From Macrostomum lignano (lineage: Eukaryota): DNA of 64,000 nt. Shown here one piece after another: positions 61,279 through 64,000 of the stretch (within the stretch, counting starts at the first letter, position 1; every line of letters starts with the position of its first letter). The DNA is taken from NCBI GenBank assembly GCA_002269645.1, contig NIVC01000662.1, positions 1-64,000 of the forward strand. The letters run 5' to 3'. The notes under the pieces were generated by a model that saw only the letters and a list, made by a program, of their open reading frames with translations, did no database searches and had not been told where the DNA came from. Both the position numbers and the translations under genes were made by a program.

Positions 61279-61852
61279 GCGAGGGCTGCGGCAATATTTT
61301 TGTTAATGCTTTTTATATTAGCAACCCGGTAGCGAGTGGGGCGACAATGTAGCCTTCTTGGCTCCTATATTTCAATACAGACTCAGGGCTGCGGCGCAGA
61401 GAGGGAAGAGAGGTCGGGCCGGCTGCTTTCGGAGCAGAAAAAAAGACCAAAGCCTGGAGGAGGAGGGCCGAAGTTCCTCGGGGGGTGTTGGAGTTCGCTA
61501 CACTAGCGGGGATTGTGCTGCTTCCTCTCAACGGTTGCCTCGCTCACCAAAAATCTTCCCAAAGCGTGTTGCGGACGGAGGCTGATGTTCTCGATTCTAC
61601 TTGCGGGGGCGGCCGGCGAGCCAGGATTATTTCTTAACTGCGCAGCGGCCGCGTCTGCCGCTCTCCCCGCCCCCCCCCCTCGGGCGGAGGCTGGGGTGGG
61701 CGGCCAGCCAATCCGGGGGCTCCGTCTCTTCTGCCTTCGTCTCTCAATCCATCCGCTACACCGCGATATGGCGCGCGCGATTTTGTCACGACTTATTTTG
61801 GTTCATTGCTTAAATCGGCTTTGCTTTTTGGCCTATTGCGATTTTTTCATGC

Positions 61853-62750
61853 TGCTCTACTGCTCACTCTACTGCCCACTCTCACTCTCTACTGCTCACT
61901 CTCACTCTCTACTGCCCACTCTCACTCTCTACTGCTCACTCTCACTCTCACTGCCCACTCTACTGCCCACTCTCACTCTCTACTGCTCACTCTCACTCTC
62001 ACTGCTCACTCTCACTCTCACTGCCCACTCTACTGCCCACTCTCACTCTCTACTGCTCACTCTCACTCTCACTGCTCACTCTCACTGCTCACTCTCACTC
62101 TCTACTGCTCACTTTCTACTGCTCACTCTCTACTGCTCACTCTACCGCCCACTCTCACTCTCACTGCTCACTCTCACTGCTCACTCTCACTCTCTACTGC
62201 TCACTTTCTACTGCTCACTCTCTACTGCTCACTCTACCGCCCACTCTCACTCTCACTGCTCACTCTCACTGCTCACTCTCACTCTCTACTGCTCACTTTC
62301 TACTGCTCACTCTACCGCCCACTCTCACTCTCTACTGCTCACTCTCACTGTCTATACTGCTCACTCTCTACTACCCACTCCCACTCTCTACTGCTCACTC
62401 TCTACTGCCCACTCTCACTCTCTACTGCTCACTCTCAATCTCTACTGCTCACTCTCACTCTCTACTGCCCACTCTCTACTGCTCACTCTACCGCCCACTC
62501 TCACTCTCTACTGCTCACTCTCACTGTCTATACTGCTCACTCTCTACTACCCACTCCCACTCTCTACTGCTCACTCTCTACTGCCCACTCTCACTCTCTA
62601 CTGCCCACTCTCACTCTCTACTGCTCACTCTCACTGTCTATACTGCTCACTCTCTACTACCCACTCCCACTCTCTACTGCTCACTCTCTACTGCCCACTC
62701 TCACTCTCTACTGCCCACTCTCACTCTCTACTGCTCACTCTCTAGTGCTC
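61853..62750. repeat. CT-rich low-complexity minisatellite (CTACTGCTCACTCTCACTCT family)
   Basis: Imperfect tandem CTACTGCYCACTCT units with longer duplicated blocks. Confidence 0.9.
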
Positions 62751-63216
62751 ACCTGACACCCCGGATCCTACCTGACACCCCGGATCCTACCTGACACCCC
62801 GGATCCTACCTGACACCCCGGATCCTACCTGACACCCCGGATCCTACCTGACACCACGGATCCTACCTGACACCCCGGATCCTACCTGACACCCCGGATC
62901 CTACCTGACACCCCGGATCCTACCTGACACCCCGGATCCTACCTGACACCCCGGATCCTACCTGACACCCCGGATCCTACCTGACACCCCGGATCCTACC
63001 TGACACCCCGGATCCTACCTGACACCCCGGATCCTACCTGACACCCCGGATCCTACCTGACACCCCGGATCCTACCTGACACCCCGGATCCTACCTGACA
63101 CCCCGGATCCTACCTGACACCCCGGATCCTACCTGACACCCCGGATCCTACCTGACACCCCGGATCCTACCTGACACCCCGGATCCTACCTGACACCCCG
63201 GATCCTACCTGACACT
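62751..63216. repeat. 19-bp near-perfect minisatellite (CCTACCTGACACCCCGGAT)
   Basis: About 24 copies, all but one identical; directly abuts the CT-rich array. Confidence 0.97.
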
Positions 63217-63294
63217 AGATAGATCCTGACGCAAATCTTCTACAAACACACGGTTTAGTAACTCCAAGCTAAAGAATCCAGCTCATGGTTGCGG

Positions 63295-63420
63295 GAATAG
63301 AAGAGAGAGAAGTGGAGAGGAGATGAGAGAAGAGAGCTGAGTATAGAGACACATTAAACCTTGAGTTTAATGATTGATTGCTATGGTGAAGTTTCAAAGG
63401 ACCCGAAGGCCGGACAAAGA
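63295..63420 (-). mobile_element. Fragment homologous to the putative hAT element at 59350
   Basis: Reverse complement contains TCCGGCCTTCGGGTCCTTTGAAACTTCACCATAGCAATC...TGTGTCTCT..CTCAGCTCTCTT, matching 59385-59460. Confidence 0.55.
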
Positions 63421-64000
63421 GGTAACTCAATCTGCCAGTTATATATTTTGCAAAGCAGAAAGCGATTTGTAAAAGTGAAAATTAATATGTTGATAATTTA
63501 TGAGGCCACTCGCTCAGAAATGCAGAAGAAATCTTTCAAGCCAAAGCTCGTCTCTTTGCAGTGCAGCCTGTCAGCATTGATGAATTGTGGCAGCATGGAG
63601 CTGCGTTATTACTAGCGACATTATTATATATTTATTCAGGTAAATTGAACAGGTTACAGGTAAGAATTTGACGTGTGAAGGCTTAACACCTACCTGTTGA
63701 TGCATTGCATGCACCATGTATGCATTTGAATGCTGCAGGATCAGCGACTCCCACAGCCCCTGCAGTGCCCCAGTTGCCGGACTTGTGCCGCCTCTGGCTG
63801 CAAGCACGAGCTAAAAAAGGCCTATAGATAACGCATTATATTGATCCTAAATCCATTTTTTACGATCGTGTTTGCCCCATTCTGCTCTCGGCCTCCTGGC
63901 TGCCAGTCCCAGGCAGCCCCCAGACTGCTGAGTTTTGCTACTTTCAATGACGGGCTGCAGTCAGCGAGTGAGAGAGCACAGGACCGATCCCTGTTTTCGC

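Noticed and set aside
4663-63216. Apparent excess of repeat units with length divisible by three
   Set aside because: About 10 of ~27 units (15, 21, 21, 24, 33, 33, 36, 39, 42, 51) is close to the one-third expected by chance.

Overview
Eukaryotic (animal) genomic DNA with spliceosomal GT-AG introns, GC-rich exons and AT-rich spacers. The style (repeat-filled introns, Q/A/G-run proteins, TTAGGG-like repeat) suggests a flatworm such as Macrostomum, but that is inference only. I reconstructed six multi-exon genes by hand with phase-consistent splice sites: NSA2 (-), ETFB (-), an ANKRD13-family gene (+), cystathionine beta-synthase CBS (+, 9 exons, 12.3-kb intron 3), CFAP57/WDR65 (-, one 1-nt frameshift) and a doublesex/mab-3-family gene with two DM domains (-, 5 exons). 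There is also an apparently single-exon gene for a signal-peptide + two three-finger(LU)-like domain + TM protein nested antisense in CBS intron 3, and the probable first exon of a secreted protein at the left edge. Mobile DNA comprises a frameshifted DD34D mariner with TIRs and TA flanks, two tRNA-derived SINE families (one with a CORE-like domain) and several MITE-like elements. The dominant feature is about 27 unrelated minisatellite arrays (roughly 19-20 kb, about 30% of the window). Each is private to one locus, most lie in introns and often abut splice sites, and they are absent from the long intergenic spacers. Nearly all long ORFs in the supplied track that fall in these arrays are artefacts.
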